DNA of 64,000 bases from Candidatus Latescibacterota bacterium (GTDB lineage Bacteria > Latescibacterota > UBA2968 > GCA-2709665), in assembly GCA_965219995.1 (NCBI GenBank), contig CBDCOX010000002.1:2976001-3040000 (forward strand). Reading direction: 5' to 3'. A program made the translations under genes and the position numbers. The notes below the pieces were generated by a model. That model was not told where the DNA came from, made no database searches, and saw only the letters and a list, made by a program, of their open reading frames with translations. Every line of letters starts with the position of its first letter. Position 1 is the stretch's first letter. This document shows positions 10,013 through 20,197 of this stretch, piece by piece.

Positions 10013-10040
10013 CCGCTGCCGCGAGAAGAGGTACTCCTGA

Positions 10041-11741
10041 ATGGACAATCCGTTCATTGATGAAATCGTATCGCAGGTCTCAAGAGCGACTGACACGCGT
10101 CCCGATGAGGTGAGGCCGCTGATCGAAGTCCCTCCCAAACCCGAGATGGGGGATTACGCGCTGCCGTGTTTCGGCCTTGCAAGAACGCTTCGGAAGGCGC
10201 CGAATCAGATCGCGAGGGACCTTGAGGCGCGAGTGCGCACGAGCGCGCGCATTGCCCGGGTGAGCGCCATGGGCCCGTATCTCAATATCTTCCTGAGCCA
10301 GACCGAATTCGTCCGGGAAACGCTTTCGCAGATTCTCGCTGCGGGCAGGCAATACGGACACAGCAGCGAGGGCGCCGGGAAGACGGTCGTGATCGATTTC
10401 TCGTCACCGAATATCTCCAAGCCGTTCACGATCGCCCACATCCGTTCGACGGCGATCGGGAATTCGCTCTGCAGGATCTACGGGTCGCTCGGCTGGAACG
10501 TGATCGGCATCAATCACCTCGGCGACTGGGGGGCCCCGCACGGGATGAATATCGCGGCGTACAAGCGCTGGGGAGATGCGAACGCGGTCCGCAGGAATCC
10601 TCCCTTCGAGCTGTTCAATCTGTACGTGAAGTTCAATGCCGAGTTGGAAAGGGATCCGTCTCTCGGTGACGACGTCAAGCTCTGGACCAGGAAACTGGAG
10701 GCCGGCGATGCCGAGGCGCTGCGGCTGTGGAAATGGTTCCGGGAAGAGACCATAAGCGATTTCAAGCGAATTTACGAATTGCTGGACGTGACATTTACCG
10801 AATACACGGGTGAAAGTTTCTTTCATGACAAGGTGGGGCCGGTTGTCGACGAATTGAAGGGAAAAGGGCTTGCCGTCGAGAGCGAAGGCGCCCTCGTTGT
10901 CATGCTGGACGACGACATGCCGCCGGCCATCATCCAGACGGGGCACGATACCAGCGTCTATCTCACGCGGGACCTGGCCGCTGCGATTTACCGTAAAGAG
11001 ACCTACGACTTCGATAAGTTGATTTATGCGACCGACGCCGGGCAGTCCCTGCATTTCCGGCAGCTTTTCAAGGTGCTGGAACGGATGGGCTATGAATGGG
11101 CGAAAGACTGCGTTCACGTCCCGTTCGGCATTATCTCCTTTAAAGAGGGCAGGATGTCGAGCCGAAAGGGCAACGTGATTTTCCTGGAGGACGTGCTGAA
11201 CCGCGCTGTTGAGTTGACACGGGAAATCGTTGAGAACAAGAATCCGGATCTTCCGGACAAAGACGCGATCGCCCGGGACGTGGGCATCGGTGCGGTGGTC
11301 TACGCCGACCTGGATTCGCGCCGGACGCGGGACGTGGTATTCGACTGGGATGAGATCCTGAATTTCAATGGCGAGACCGGCCCCTACGTTCAATATACCC
11401 ATGCCCGCTATTGCAGTGTGCTGCGCAGGTACGGCGGCGCGGCGGCTCCGGCCGGGGCGGACCTTTCTCTGTTGACCGAAACCGAGGCCGTGGCCGTGGT
11501 CAAGTGCCTGGAGCGGTTTCCGCAGCGTATCCGGAACGCGGCCGAGGCCTGTGAACCGTCTCTGATTGCCGGGTACCTGATCGAACTCTGTGCAGAGGCG
11601 AACCGGTTTTACAACGCCCACCGGGTCATCTCAGAAGACGCGACCCTGACACGGGCGCGTATCGCCCTCGTTTATTCGATCACCGCCGTGCTGGCAGCCG
11701 GACTCCATCTGCTGGGCCTGAAGGCGCCGGAGGAAATGTGA
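10041..11741 (+). CDS. argS: Arginyl-tRNA synthetase
   Basis: IDFSSPNISKPFTIAHIRS (HIGH variant), NHLGDWG, MSSRKG, GETGPYVQYTHAR, C-terminal APEEM. Confidence 0.97.
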   Translation: MDNPFIDEIVSQVSRATDTRPDEVRPLIEVPPKPEMGDYALPCFGLARTLRKAPNQIARDLEARVRTSARIARVSAMGPYLNIFLSQTEFVRETLSQILAAGRQYGHSSEGAGKTVVIDFSSPNISKPFTIAHIRSTAIGNSLCRIYGSLGWNVIGINHLGDWGAPHGMNIAAYKRWGDANAVRRNPPFELFNLYVKFNAELERDPSLGDDVKLWTRKLEAGDAEALRLWKWFREETISDFKRIYELLDVTFTEYTGESFFHDKVGPVVDELKGKGLAVESEGALVVMLDDDMPPAIIQTGHDTSVYLTRDLAAAIYRKETYDFDKLIYATDAGQSLHFRQLFKVLERMGYEWAKDCVHVPFGIISFKEGRMSSRKGNVIFLEDVLNRAVELTREIVENKNPDLPDKDAIARDVGIGAVVYADLDSRRTRDVVFDWDEILNFNGETGPYVQYTHARYCSVLRRYGGAAAPAGADLSLLTETEAVAVVKCLERFPQRIRNAAEACEPSLIAGYLIELCAEANRFYNAHRVISEDATLTRARIALVYSITAVLAAGLHLLGLKAPEEM

Positions 11742-12301
11742 GTCAGACCGCGCATGGTTCTCTGCTGCGGGGCAGGCAGATCTTCCTGACCGGTTTCATG
11801 GCGACCGGAAAGAGCAAGGTCGGCCCGATTCTGGCGCGGCGCCTGGATCGGCGATTCGTGGATACGGATGAGTTGATCGTGGAGACGGCCGGGAAGTCGA
11901 TCCCCCGGATCTTTGCGGAAGACGGAGAAGCCGCATTCCGTCGTATCGAACGCGGATGCGTGGCGCGTGCGGCCGGGATGCCCGATGCTGTCATCGCTCT
12001 GGGTGGCGGCGCCGTTACGCAGGAGGGCAACTGGGATACGATTCGCGCATCCGGAATCTGCCTGTGTCTGCGGGCATCGGCGGAGACCGTTTTCAAGCGC
12101 CTGCGAAGGACAGAGGGAGAACGGCCGCTGATGGCCGGTTTGACCGATGAAGGCCGGATGGCGAAGATCCGGTCGATGCTGGCGGCCCGGGCGCCGTTTT
12201 ACGACCGTGCGGACGCATTCGTGGAGTCGACGGAGTATCGCGCGCCGGAAGAGACGGTTCAACTGGCGGTGTCGGCATTGGAAGGCCTGCAATCGCGATA
12301 G
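11738..12301 (+). CDS. aroK: Shikimate kinase
   Basis: LTGFMATGKS, FVDTD, GE.AFR..E, ALGGG, ERPL; GTGA overlap with argS. Confidence 0.96.
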   Translation: MSQTAHGSLLRGRQIFLTGFMATGKSKVGPILARRLDRRFVDTDELIVETAGKSIPRIFAEDGEAAFRRIERGCVARAAGMPDAVIALGGGAVTQEGNWDTIRASGICLCLRASAETVFKRLRRTEGERPLMAGLTDEGRMAKIRSMLAARAPFYDRADAFVESTEYRAPEETVQLAVSALEGLQSR

Positions 12302-12322
12302 GGTGCTGGAAGGCCGCTGCTT

Positions 12323-13459
12323 ATGGAATCTGAAGGCGAACTGAGCGGAATGGAGACCGTACAGGTCGATCTCGGCAGTCGGAGTTATCCGATCCTGATT
12401 GGACACGGGACACTGTCCGATTTCGGCAGGTCGTACGCGGCGAAGGGGCTCGGGTCGGCCGCGGCGGTCGTGACCAACCATACCGTGGCGCCGCTCTACC
12501 TGGATCCGGTGAGGGCCGGTCTCGAGGCTCAGGGTGTGGCGGTAACGGTGGTTGAGGTCCCCGATGGAGAAGAATACAAGACACTGGGGACGGCCGGCCG
12601 GATATACGGCGAATTGATACAGGCGGGCCTGGACCGGCGCAGTTGCATCGTCACCCTTGGGGGCGGCGTCGTGGGCGACACGGCCGGATTCGTGGCGGCC
12701 ACGTATCTGCGCGGCATCGATTTCGTGCAGGTGCCCACCACCCTCGAGGCGCAGGTCGACGCCAGCGTGGGCGGAAAGACCGGGGTCGACCATCCGCTCG
12801 GCAAGAATATGATCGGAGCGTTCCATCAGCCGAAGCTGGTTTATATCGACACGGAAACGCTGATGACCCTGCCCCGGCGGGAGGTGGTTGCCGGGATGGC
12901 GGAGGTGATCAAGCACGGATTGATCCGTGATGGAGACCTCGTGCGATTCCTGGAGCGCGAGATCGAAAGCGTGGCGGACCTGGCGGTTGAACCGGAAAAG
13001 CTGGTGGGTCTGATCGCTCGAAATTGCCGAATCAAAGCGGACGTCGTGGCGGCGGACGAGACCGAAGCGGGATTGAGGGAGATTCTGAACTACGGCCACA
13101 CCGTTGGACACGCCATTGAGGCGGTGACGAATTACACGGATTACAAACACGGCGAGGCCGTTATGCTGGGCATGCTGGCCGCCGGCAGAATCGGCGTCAT
13201 CAAGGGGTTCTGGAAACCGTCGGAGCTGGAACGGCAGAACGCGCTGATCGAACGACTCGGGATCCCGTCCGGCGCCCGCGCACTTGAAGCGGACGAACTG
13301 ATCGGACGTATGGCGAGCGACAAGAAAGCGCGGGATGGGGTGATCCGGTTTGTGCTGCCGGAGGCGATCGGCCATGCCACGTCGTGCGACACCGTGACGC
13401 GGGAAGAGATCGGAGAGGGTATCCGGTATATGCAGAAACGCTCACCCGAATCGGCATGA
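12323..13459 (+). CDS. aroB: 3-dehydroquinate synthase (alternative start 12350)
   Basis: DGEEYK, LGGGVVGD, VPTTL.AQVDASVGGKTG, KNMIGAFHQP, LNYGHTVGHAIE, HGEAV. Confidence 0.98.
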   Translation: MESEGELSGMETVQVDLGSRSYPILIGHGTLSDFGRSYAAKGLGSAAAVVTNHTVAPLYLDPVRAGLEAQGVAVTVVEVPDGEEYKTLGTAGRIYGELIQAGLDRRSCIVTLGGGVVGDTAGFVAATYLRGIDFVQVPTTLEAQVDASVGGKTGVDHPLGKNMIGAFHQPKLVYIDTETLMTLPRREVVAGMAEVIKHGLIRDGDLVRFLEREIESVADLAVEPEKLVGLIARNCRIKADVVAADETEAGLREILNYGHTVGHAIEAVTNYTDYKHGEAVMLGMLAAGRIGVIKGFWKPSELERQNALIERLGIPSGARALEADELIGRMASDKKARDGVIRFVLPEAIGHATSCDTVTREEIGEGIRYMQKRSPESA

Positions 13460-13495
13460 AGAATGAAGCTCGCGGCAGCCGCGGGGCCTCCGGCC

Positions 13496-13999
13496 TCAGC
13501 GCGTCAGCCGCTCGATGACGGCGCTGTGTTCGGGAAAGCTCAGGATGAGGTCGGCCCGATTCGCCAGCTCGAAGTCTTCGAATTCGAATCCGGGAGCGAC
13601 CGTACCGCCCACAAGGGCGTATGAGTCGTAATCGTTCACCGTAGCGCCGTACCAGCAGCCGGCGTTGATGACAGTTGCGAACGATTCGTTGTTGTCGGGA
13701 TTGTTGCCGAGCACGATCCGGTCGTATGCGCCGTTGTGGTCGATCGTATGGACGGTGACGGACGATCCGGCATAGAAGTGCCAGACTTCGTCGGACTGAA
13801 TGCGGTGCAGGGCGGAAAAGTCGTTGCCCTCAAGCAGGAAGTAGATCGCCGTTGAGAATGTCCGTGGGCCGGGGAACCGCTTTGGGAGGGCCTGGCCCGC
13901 GACGGTCTCCTCCGAGCGGTATATTTCCCGATAGTAGCCGCCTTCGGGATGCGCCCTGAGATTCAGCCTTGAGATCCAGTAATCGGCATTCCGGTTCAT
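13496..13999 (-). CDS. Cupin_5 (DUF985) family protein
   Basis: HPEGGYYRE, TAIYFLL, HRIQSDEVWHFYAG, VAPGFEFEDFEL. Confidence 0.92.
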   Translation of the reverse strand: MNRNADYWISRLNLRAHPEGGYYREIYRSEETVAGQALPKRFPGPRTFSTAIYFLLEGNDFSALHRIQSDEVWHFYAGSSVTVHTIDHNGAYDRIVLGNNPDNNESFATVINAGCWYGATVNDYDSYALVGGTVAPGFEFEDFELANRADLILSFPEHSAVIERLTR

Positions 14000-14019
14000 G
14001 GCAATTGAAAGACCCTGCG

Positions 14020-14057
14020 GAACAGGGGCGAGAAAACCTCGCCCCTGTTCTTTTTTT
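14020..14057 (+). terminator. Intrinsic terminator on + strand
   Basis: gaacaggggcgag-aaaac-ctcgcccctgttc perfect 13-bp stem followed by T7. Confidence 0.75.
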
Positions 14058-14083
14058 CGTGACCGCGCGCTTCCGGGTTCAGG

Positions 14084-15181
14084 TCAGGAAACGGGAACGA
14101 TACGCCGCGAATTCGCCTGCGCAATAACACCGCCCCCCAGACAGGTCTCGCCGTCGTAGAAGACGGCCGATTGTCCTGGAGCCACGCCCGGGTCCGCTTC
14201 CGCCATCTGCACGGACAGGCCGTTCTTCCCGGCGGACGCGATGCGGCACCGGACGAGATGCGGGCCGTGTCGGATCTTGACCTGAACGTCGTGCCGATCG
14301 GGGACGCCGGAGATCCAGTTCGGGTTTGACACCGTGAAACGACTCAACGCCCGTTCGTCCCGGTGGGTCTTGTGGGACACGTAGATCGTGTTGCCGCAGA
14401 TGTCTTTCCCGACCACGTACCAGGGGCCCGCGGCCAGGCCCAGCCCTTCGCGCTGTCCGATGGTGTGGAACCAGTAGCCCCGGTGGCGGCCGAGCCGGGC
14501 GCCGGTCTCCAGTTCGACGATGTCGCCGGGCTGTTCTCCCAGGTGCGCCCTGACGAAATCGGGGTAGCTGATCTTGCCCAGAAAACAGATGCCCTGGCTG
14601 TCTTTGCGGTCCCGGTTCGGCAGGCCGAAGCTCCGGGCGTATTCCCGGACCTGCTTTTTGGTGAGATGCCCCACGGGAAAACGCGCGCGTTGGAGCTGAG
14701 CCTGGCTGAGTCCGGAAAGAAAGTAGGTCTGGTCCTTGACGGGGTCCGGCGCACGCTTCAAATAGCAGGTACCGCCGATTTCCGCGATCCGGGCATAGTG
14801 CCCGGAAGCGATCCTGTCGAAGCTGCTGCCGATCCGGGCGGCGAACTCGCCGAATTTGATGTGCCGGTTGCAGACAATGTCCGGGCTGGGAGTACGTCCC
14901 GCTCTGAGTTCGGACACGGCGTGCGAGACCACCCGTTCCAGGTATTCCGCCTGCAGGGGGACGATTTGAAGCGGTACCCCCGCCTGTTCGCAGACGGCGC
15001 GTGCGTACTTGAGGTCCTCCTCCCAGGGGCAGTCGCCCAAAAACGCAAGTTCGTCTTCAAGCCAGACCTTGAGATAGAAGGCCGTGATTTCGTGCCGCTT
15101 TTCCCCGCACAGCAGATGAAGGGCAGCGGAACTGTCGACGCCTCCGGAGAGCAGAAGGGCGATTTTCATGGCTCGCATCAA
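14084..15181 (-). CDS. mnmA: tRNA 2-thiouridylase
   Basis: LSGGVDSS, TPSPDIVCN..IKF, ASGHYA, KDQTYFL, KDSQGICF, TIGQR.GL, APGQ. Confidence 0.97.
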   Translation of the reverse strand: MMRAMKIALLLSGGVDSSAALHLLCGEKRHEITAFYLKVWLEDELAFLGDCPWEEDLKYARAVCEQAGVPLQIVPLQAEYLERVVSHAVSELRAGRTPSPDIVCNRHIKFGEFAARIGSSFDRIASGHYARIAEIGGTCYLKRAPDPVKDQTYFLSGLSQAQLQRARFPVGHLTKKQVREYARSFGLPNRDRKDSQGICFLGKISYPDFVRAHLGEQPGDIVELETGARLGRHRGYWFHTIGQREGLGLAAGPWYVVGKDICGNTIYVSHKTHRDERALSRFTVSNPNWISGVPDRHDVQVKIRHGPHLVRCRIASAGKNGLSVQMAEADPGVAPGQSAVFYDGETCLGGGVIAQANSRRIVPVS

Positions 15182-16548
15182 GTGTGATTACGGCACCGCT
15201 GCCGCGGCGACCCGCCGACGCATTCAAAGCCCGCCAGGCATTCGGCCAGCGGTTCGACTGTCTTCAGATTGGCGCAGCCCAGCACGGTCTCGACCAGATG
15301 CTCCGCATGGGATCTGTGCGCGACAGGATCGATGAGGCAACGGGATTTCGAGACGAGGTCGTCGAAGGTGATGCCGCTGCCCGGGTCTCCCGGGGCGGGT
15401 AGCGGTCCGATGGTATGTGTCCGCCCGTACCTGGTTGTGATGATTACCCTCGCCAGCGTTTCATCGGGAAAACGGGCCTCGATGGCGGGGTCGACGGACA
15501 TCTCAACGCGGTCCGACAGGGCGAGCACCGCCTGATTCTTCAGGCCGGGGCCGGCGATTTCGGACACGCCAACCCGGCCGTGAACGAGGGCGCAGGCCAC
15601 CGGATACGGCAGACTGTACTGAGCCTCTTCGGTGTTGGCGGGCCGGCGCGTTCCCAGGTGGGTCGCCGCCTCGAAGGTTTCGATCCTGACTGCGGCAATG
15701 TCTTCAGGACTCAGGCTGTGGGTCGTGCGCAACGCGAACGCTCCGGCGACGGCCGGCTGCGCCCAGCGGCAACACGGATGGAATTTGTAATAGACTCTTT
15801 CGATCCACCAGTCGGCGCCAAGGGTCCGCATCGACTCGCGGTACTCGTCAGTGCAGGGCGTCGCGGGCATGCCCGTGAATCCGCGCGCCGCCAGCTGAGT
15901 GGCGGTGACGCCCACAAATGCGCCCCAGTGGATACCGTCTTTCACCATGGCCGGATGTCGCACGCAGTCCATAATGGGCGCGAGGGGTGCGTGGTATTCG
16001 GCAATGGCGAGCGCGTGTTCCTGCTCCGGAGGCCCCAGTTTCAGCAGACGGGCACAGGCGGCCGCAGCGCCGATGCTGCCCCAGGATCCGGAACCGTGGT
16101 AACTGGGTCCCCTGTGGGGATGGTCGTGCCAGATCGTACCTGCGCGCATGCCGACTTCGTAACCGACGGCCACCGCCTCGAGGAAATCACGCCCCGAAGC
16201 TCTTTCGGCCTGGGCCATCGCCAGCGCCGCGGGAATGACGACGGCGCCGGGATGGCCTTTCGCCGGCCGGTACCCGTCGTCGACGTCCAGCGCATTTGCG
16301 GCGCAGGCGTTTGCCAGGGCGGCCCCCGGTGCGCTGCCGATCTTCCCTTTGCCCGCGATCGTGGATTCCTTGCCCGGAAACGCCGTTGCAGCGAAGTCCG
16401 CCATGATGCCCGCGGCAGGCGTGGCCAGGCCGGCGATGGTCGCGGTGAAGAGATCCAGAAGGTTCTTGCTCAGCTGCGTTTGGACGGATTCCGGAAAATC
16501 GCCGTATCGGGCGTGCGCAATGAATCCGTTGATATCACTTGTTGCCAT
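15178..16548 (-). CDS. MmgE/PrpD family protein
   Basis: ANALDVDDG...GHPG, VGYEVG, YYKFHPCCR, EAQYSLPY. Confidence 0.9.
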   Translation of the reverse strand: MATSDINGFIAHARYGDFPESVQTQLSKNLLDLFTATIAGLATPAAGIMADFAATAFPGKESTIAGKGKIGSAPGAALANACAANALDVDDGYRPAKGHPGAVVIPAALAMAQAERASGRDFLEAVAVGYEVGMRAGTIWHDHPHRGPSYHGSGSWGSIGAAAACARLLKLGPPEQEHALAIAEYHAPLAPIMDCVRHPAMVKDGIHWGAFVGVTATQLAARGFTGMPATPCTDEYRESMRTLGADWWIERVYYKFHPCCRWAQPAVAGAFALRTTHSLSPEDIAAVRIETFEAATHLGTRRPANTEEAQYSLPYPVACALVHGRVGVSEIAGPGLKNQAVLALSDRVEMSVDPAIEARFPDETLARVIITTRYGRTHTIGPLPAPGDPGSGITFDDLVSKSRCLIDPVAHRSHAEHLVETVLGCANLKTVEPLAECLAGFECVGGSPRQRCRNHT

Positions 16549-16568
16549 ATGGATCCGTGCCGCCCGAA

Positions 16569-17483
16569 CTATGACCTCAGGATCTGACTTTCGACGTCCA
16601 GCCCCACCCGGTTGCTCCAGGCCGTGATAATCTCTCTGAATAGCGGGCCGGGTTCACCGCTGCCAACGGGAATGTTGTTGAACTTCGTACAGGGCGCGAT
16701 GCAATAGGGCGTGGTGGTCAGCCAGGCTTCGGCGGCATTCGCGACGTCGTATGGCTGAAGGTCCTTTTCAGTCCAGCCGAGACCGAGTTCCGCCGCAAGT
16801 TCCTTCACCGTGAGGAGGCTGACGCCCTGGAGAATGTTGCGCGTGGTGGGTGAGTAGACGGTTCGGTCCGAAACGATGACAAAGTTGGAACCCGCGCATT
16901 CCGTGATGTTTCCATCGAGGTCGAGAAGCAGCGTGATCGCTTCCGGGTCGACCGTGTGGGTCTGCTGGTCCGCCAGCCACCAGTGCAGGCGGGACCGGTT
17001 CTTGGATTTCGGATCCAGACACTGGGGCGGGACGTGGCGCACGGCCGGCGTGACCACGTGGGCGCCGGCCTCGAAGAGATGACGCCAGACGCGGAAGGGA
17101 AGCGGAAAGGAGTGGATACAGACGGTTGGCGTGAGGCGTACGCCGGCGGCGGCGCTGCCGGCGTAGATTTCGTTTTCACCCGGGGTGATGAAGTGAACGA
17201 TGCCAAGTTCGGCTTCGGGTTCGATCAGTTCCCGGTTCGCCTGTATGAGTTCGTGCGTCCTGTCCCGCATCTCGTCGCGCGTGAGTCCGGGATGAATGCC
17301 GGCGTACCTGCACGATCTGTAGAGCCGGTCCAGGTGATCGTCCAGGCGAAACGGCGCATGGGCGAAGGTGCGTGTCATCTCGGTGAGGGTGGCGCCCAGA
17401 ATGATGCCCAGATCGTAGATCCTGATCGCGGCCTGAGACGCGGGCACGAAATCTCCGTTCAGGTAGACGACAGGTTCCTTCAT
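16569..17483 (-). CDS. PLP fold-type IV aminotransferase (IlvE/PabC/Dat family)
   Basis: VYLNGDFV, D.G...G...E..RT, HLDRL, DPKSKNRS, GNITECAGSNF, ILQGVS. Confidence 0.9.
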   Translation of the reverse strand: MKEPVVYLNGDFVPASQAAIRIYDLGIILGATLTEMTRTFAHAPFRLDDHLDRLYRSCRYAGIHPGLTRDEMRDRTHELIQANRELIEPEAELGIVHFITPGENEIYAGSAAAGVRLTPTVCIHSFPLPFRVWRHLFEAGAHVVTPAVRHVPPQCLDPKSKNRSRLHWWLADQQTHTVDPEAITLLLDLDGNITECAGSNFVIVSDRTVYSPTTRNILQGVSLLTVKELAAELGLGWTEKDLQPYDVANAAEAWLTTTPYCIAPCTKFNNIPVGSGEPGPLFREIITAWSNRVGLDVESQILRS

Positions 17484-17745
17484 AGACTCGCTCCAACCTT
17501 CGGATTACCGGAGTGACGTCGAAATGGGGTGACAGCTCGTCCATAATATAGCGGCTGGGTGACGTCAGGACAAACGGAAAGGGATTTTTCTGGGCTGCTT
17601 GAGAAAGGCACGCTCATGGGTGAAGGGCTCGTTTGCCTTCCACGCGGATAGATACACTACTCTCCGCAAGAAAGATGCCTCAGCGTTAAATGGACGAAAG
17701 GCCTGAGGCATCGATGGACAAAAACTATGATTGCGGAGGACGATC

Positions 17746-18156
17746 TCATTTCTGTCCACCTTCCGCGTCTTTCAGCATTTCGGCAATCTTCTCCCTTCGG
17801 GCTTTTTCTTCCTTTTGGTTTTTCTCCAATTCCTCCACGAGTGCGCTCAATCTTTCTTCGCGCATTCTGCTGGAAGCTTCCAACTCCCTTAAAGCCTTAA
17901 TTGCTCTTGCTCTCGTTTTTGCTTCGCTCTCCGTGATCCACTTATCGGCAAGCTTCATCATTGCACCCATGAAGTCGACTCCTTCTATGATGAAAAAGGA
18001 TAGCGTTACGGAGAAAATACCCGCCTCATACAGATTCTCGACCAGGTCTCTTTCAGGTGGCCTATATCGATCAGTCAGGGTGAACAGGAAAATGAGCAAG
18101 TTCAGCGCCCCAAAAAGAGCGCGGTCACTTACGCTCCAAATGGGCTCTCGTTCCAT
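17746..18156 (-). CDS. Hypothetical membrane-anchored coiled-coil protein (lower GC)
   Basis: Two hydrophobic segments followed by an E/K/R-rich helix; upstream sigma70-like promoter. Confidence 0.6.
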   Translation of the reverse strand: MEREPIWSVSDRALFGALNLLIFLFTLTDRYRPPERDLVENLYEAGIFSVTLSFFIIEGVDFMGAMMKLADKWITESEAKTRARAIKALRELEASSRMREERLSALVEELEKNQKEEKARREKIAEMLKDAEGGQK

Positions 18157-18204
18157 TAATTCGTCATTTTCGTTCGGGGGTCCATCTTGTGGTGTATACG
18201 AAAA

Positions 18205-18233
18205 ATTAAATGCATATGCAAAAATAAAGTCAA
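18205..18233 (-). promoter_or_regulatory. Sigma70-like promoter with palindrome in spacer
   Basis: Minus strand TTGACT-17nt-TTTAAT; spacer contains TGCATATGCA. Confidence 0.55.
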
Positions 18234-18412
18234 GCGTTTTCTATACGAAACGAAGGACCATGTGATAGCCGGTATTTCGAGGATTGCCGGCCTGAATTCG
18301 CTGGGCTATGGGGTGCCCGCCCCTTCGCGGATTGCAGGTATTCATGACAACTGAACAACGAGGAACTGGAGTGAGGGGTTTGTACGTACATCTACACGGC
18401 CCTCGACGGACG

Positions 18413-19948
18413 TTACATCCAGAGATTCCGGTCGAGGCTGCGGTACTGAATGGCCTCTCCAACGTGCTGAGGTTTGATTTCAGGCTCTTCTTCCAGGTCG
18501 GCGATGGTGCGGCTGACTTTCAGGATACGGTCGTAGGCGCGCGCGGAAAGGCCGAGTTTCGTGATGGCCATCTTGAGAAGCTCCTCGCTTTTGCCGTCGA
18601 TTCGGCAATATTCCCGGATTTCCGCGGTGCCCATGTGCGCATTGCAGAACAGGTGCTTTTTTTCGCTGAAGCGACGAAGTTGCACCGCCCGGGCCGCATT
18701 GACCCCTTCGCGGATGGCATCGGACGATTCTCCCCCGGGATCATCGGCAAGCTCCGTGTAGTCGACCCCGGGTACTTCGATGTGAATGTCGATGCGATCC
18801 AGGAGCGGCCCGGAAATACGGGCCATATACCGCTGGATGATGGGCGGGGAACACGTGCATTCATTCCTGGAGTCGCCGAAATAGCCGCAGGGGCACGGGT
18901 TCAGGGCGCAGGCCAGCATGAACTGGGCGGGATAGGTCAGAGAGACCATGGCACGGGCAATGGTGACAAATCCGTCCTCGACCGGTTGGCGCAAGACTTC
19001 GAGAACGTGCTTTTTGAATTCGGGCAGTTCATCCAGGAAGAGAACGCCGTGGTGCGCGAGAGAGACTTCGCCCGGGCGCGGATGGGGGCCGCCGCCGATC
19101 AGACCTGCGTCGGAAATGGTGTGGTGAGGGGAGCGAAAGGGCCGGATCGCCACCAGTGTGGTATCCGGGGGCAGCAGTCCCGCCACGGAGTGAATCTTGG
19201 TGGCTTCGATCGCTTCATCGAGGGTCAGGTCGGGCAGGATGGTGGGCAGGCGGCGCGTGAGCATGGTCTTGCCCGAGCCTGGCGGGCCGATCATGATGAT
19301 GTTGTGGCCGCCGCTGGCGGCCACCTCCAGCGCACGCTTGGCGTGTACCTGGCCCCGGACGTCGCGGAAGTCAATCCGGTAGTCCAGGGCCTGACTGAAT
19401 ATCCGGTCGACGTCCACCTGGAGCGCCGGCACCGCCCGATAGCCTTCCAGGAAGTCCAGTGTCTCCATCAGGTCTTCGACCGGATGGACGTCGATACCGC
19501 CCGCAATGGCGGCTTCGCGCGCATTCTCCCGGGGGAGAATCATGCCCTTGAGACCTGCCTGACGGGTCTCCACGGCCATCGGCAGGACGCCGCGGACGGG
19601 CCGGACGGCGCCGTCGAGAGCGAGTTCGCCGAGAATCGCGTATTGGGAAAGGATTTCAGGCGAAATGTCACCCGCCGCCGCAAGAATCCCAACCGCAATG
19701 GGCAGGTCGAAGGCTGAGCCTTCCTTGCGGATATCCGCGGGAGCGAGATTGACGGTGACGCGCCGAACCGGAAAGGGTCGGCCGGTGTTTTTTATGGCGG
19801 CGGTCACCCGGTCCCGGCTTTCCTTGACGGCGTTGTCCGGCAGACCCACCACGGAAAACGCGGGAAGCTGGTAGTCCAGGTCGGTCTCGATGCGTACGAT
19901 ATAGGCGTCAATGCCCTGGGTGGCGCAGCTCAACACGCGGGACATCAT
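18413..19948 (-). CDS. comM: YifB/ComM Mg-chelatase-like AAA+ ATPase
   Basis: VGLPD.AVKESRDRV, NLAPADIRKEG..FDLPIA, GPPGSGKT, RPFRSPHHT, FLDELPEF, NPCPCG, SARAYDRILKV; AAGGAGG RBS. Confidence 0.95.
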   Translation of the reverse strand: MMSRVLSCATQGIDAYIVRIETDLDYQLPAFSVVGLPDNAVKESRDRVTAAIKNTGRPFPVRRVTVNLAPADIRKEGSAFDLPIAVGILAAAGDISPEILSQYAILGELALDGAVRPVRGVLPMAVETRQAGLKGMILPRENAREAAIAGGIDVHPVEDLMETLDFLEGYRAVPALQVDVDRIFSQALDYRIDFRDVRGQVHAKRALEVAASGGHNIIMIGPPGSGKTMLTRRLPTILPDLTLDEAIEATKIHSVAGLLPPDTTLVAIRPFRSPHHTISDAGLIGGGPHPRPGEVSLAHHGVLFLDELPEFKKHVLEVLRQPVEDGFVTIARAMVSLTYPAQFMLACALNPCPCGYFGDSRNECTCSPPIIQRYMARISGPLLDRIDIHIEVPGVDYTELADDPGGESSDAIREGVNAARAVQLRRFSEKKHLFCNAHMGTAEIREYCRIDGKSEELLKMAITKLGLSARAYDRILKVSRTIADLEEEPEIKPQHVGEAIQYRSLDRNLWM

Positions 19949-20197
19949 ACAGGCCTCCTTAGCGTCTGCCGGGAACGCGTCTGAACTCCGCGGAAGCATG
20001 ACGTACTGCAGGGAGTCCGGTGTTGACAAAGCAAGTCCCCGACAGGCCCTCAGACGGCAAAGGGCGTGCCAGAGATATGGGAAAACCCTAACCTGCTGTC
20101 CGGAAAAGGGATGGGGCTGCCGGAAGGAAGATTGGAGCAGACGTCGGGAAAGGGATGTTCAATATTGGAGGAGCGGATTGAACAATTCGTCGATAAA

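Noticed and set aside
9472-10040. T-box or attenuator upstream of argS (also checked upstream of trpB)
   Set aside because: No T-box consensus and no Trp-rich leader peptide found; the region is largely repeats
17662-17738. Hammerhead ribozyme or c-di-GMP riboswitch
   Set aside because: GGACGAAA is present but the CTGANGA core and the riboswitch consensus are missing
18413-19948. comM interrupted by a mobile element
   Set aside because: The reading frame is continuous and full length
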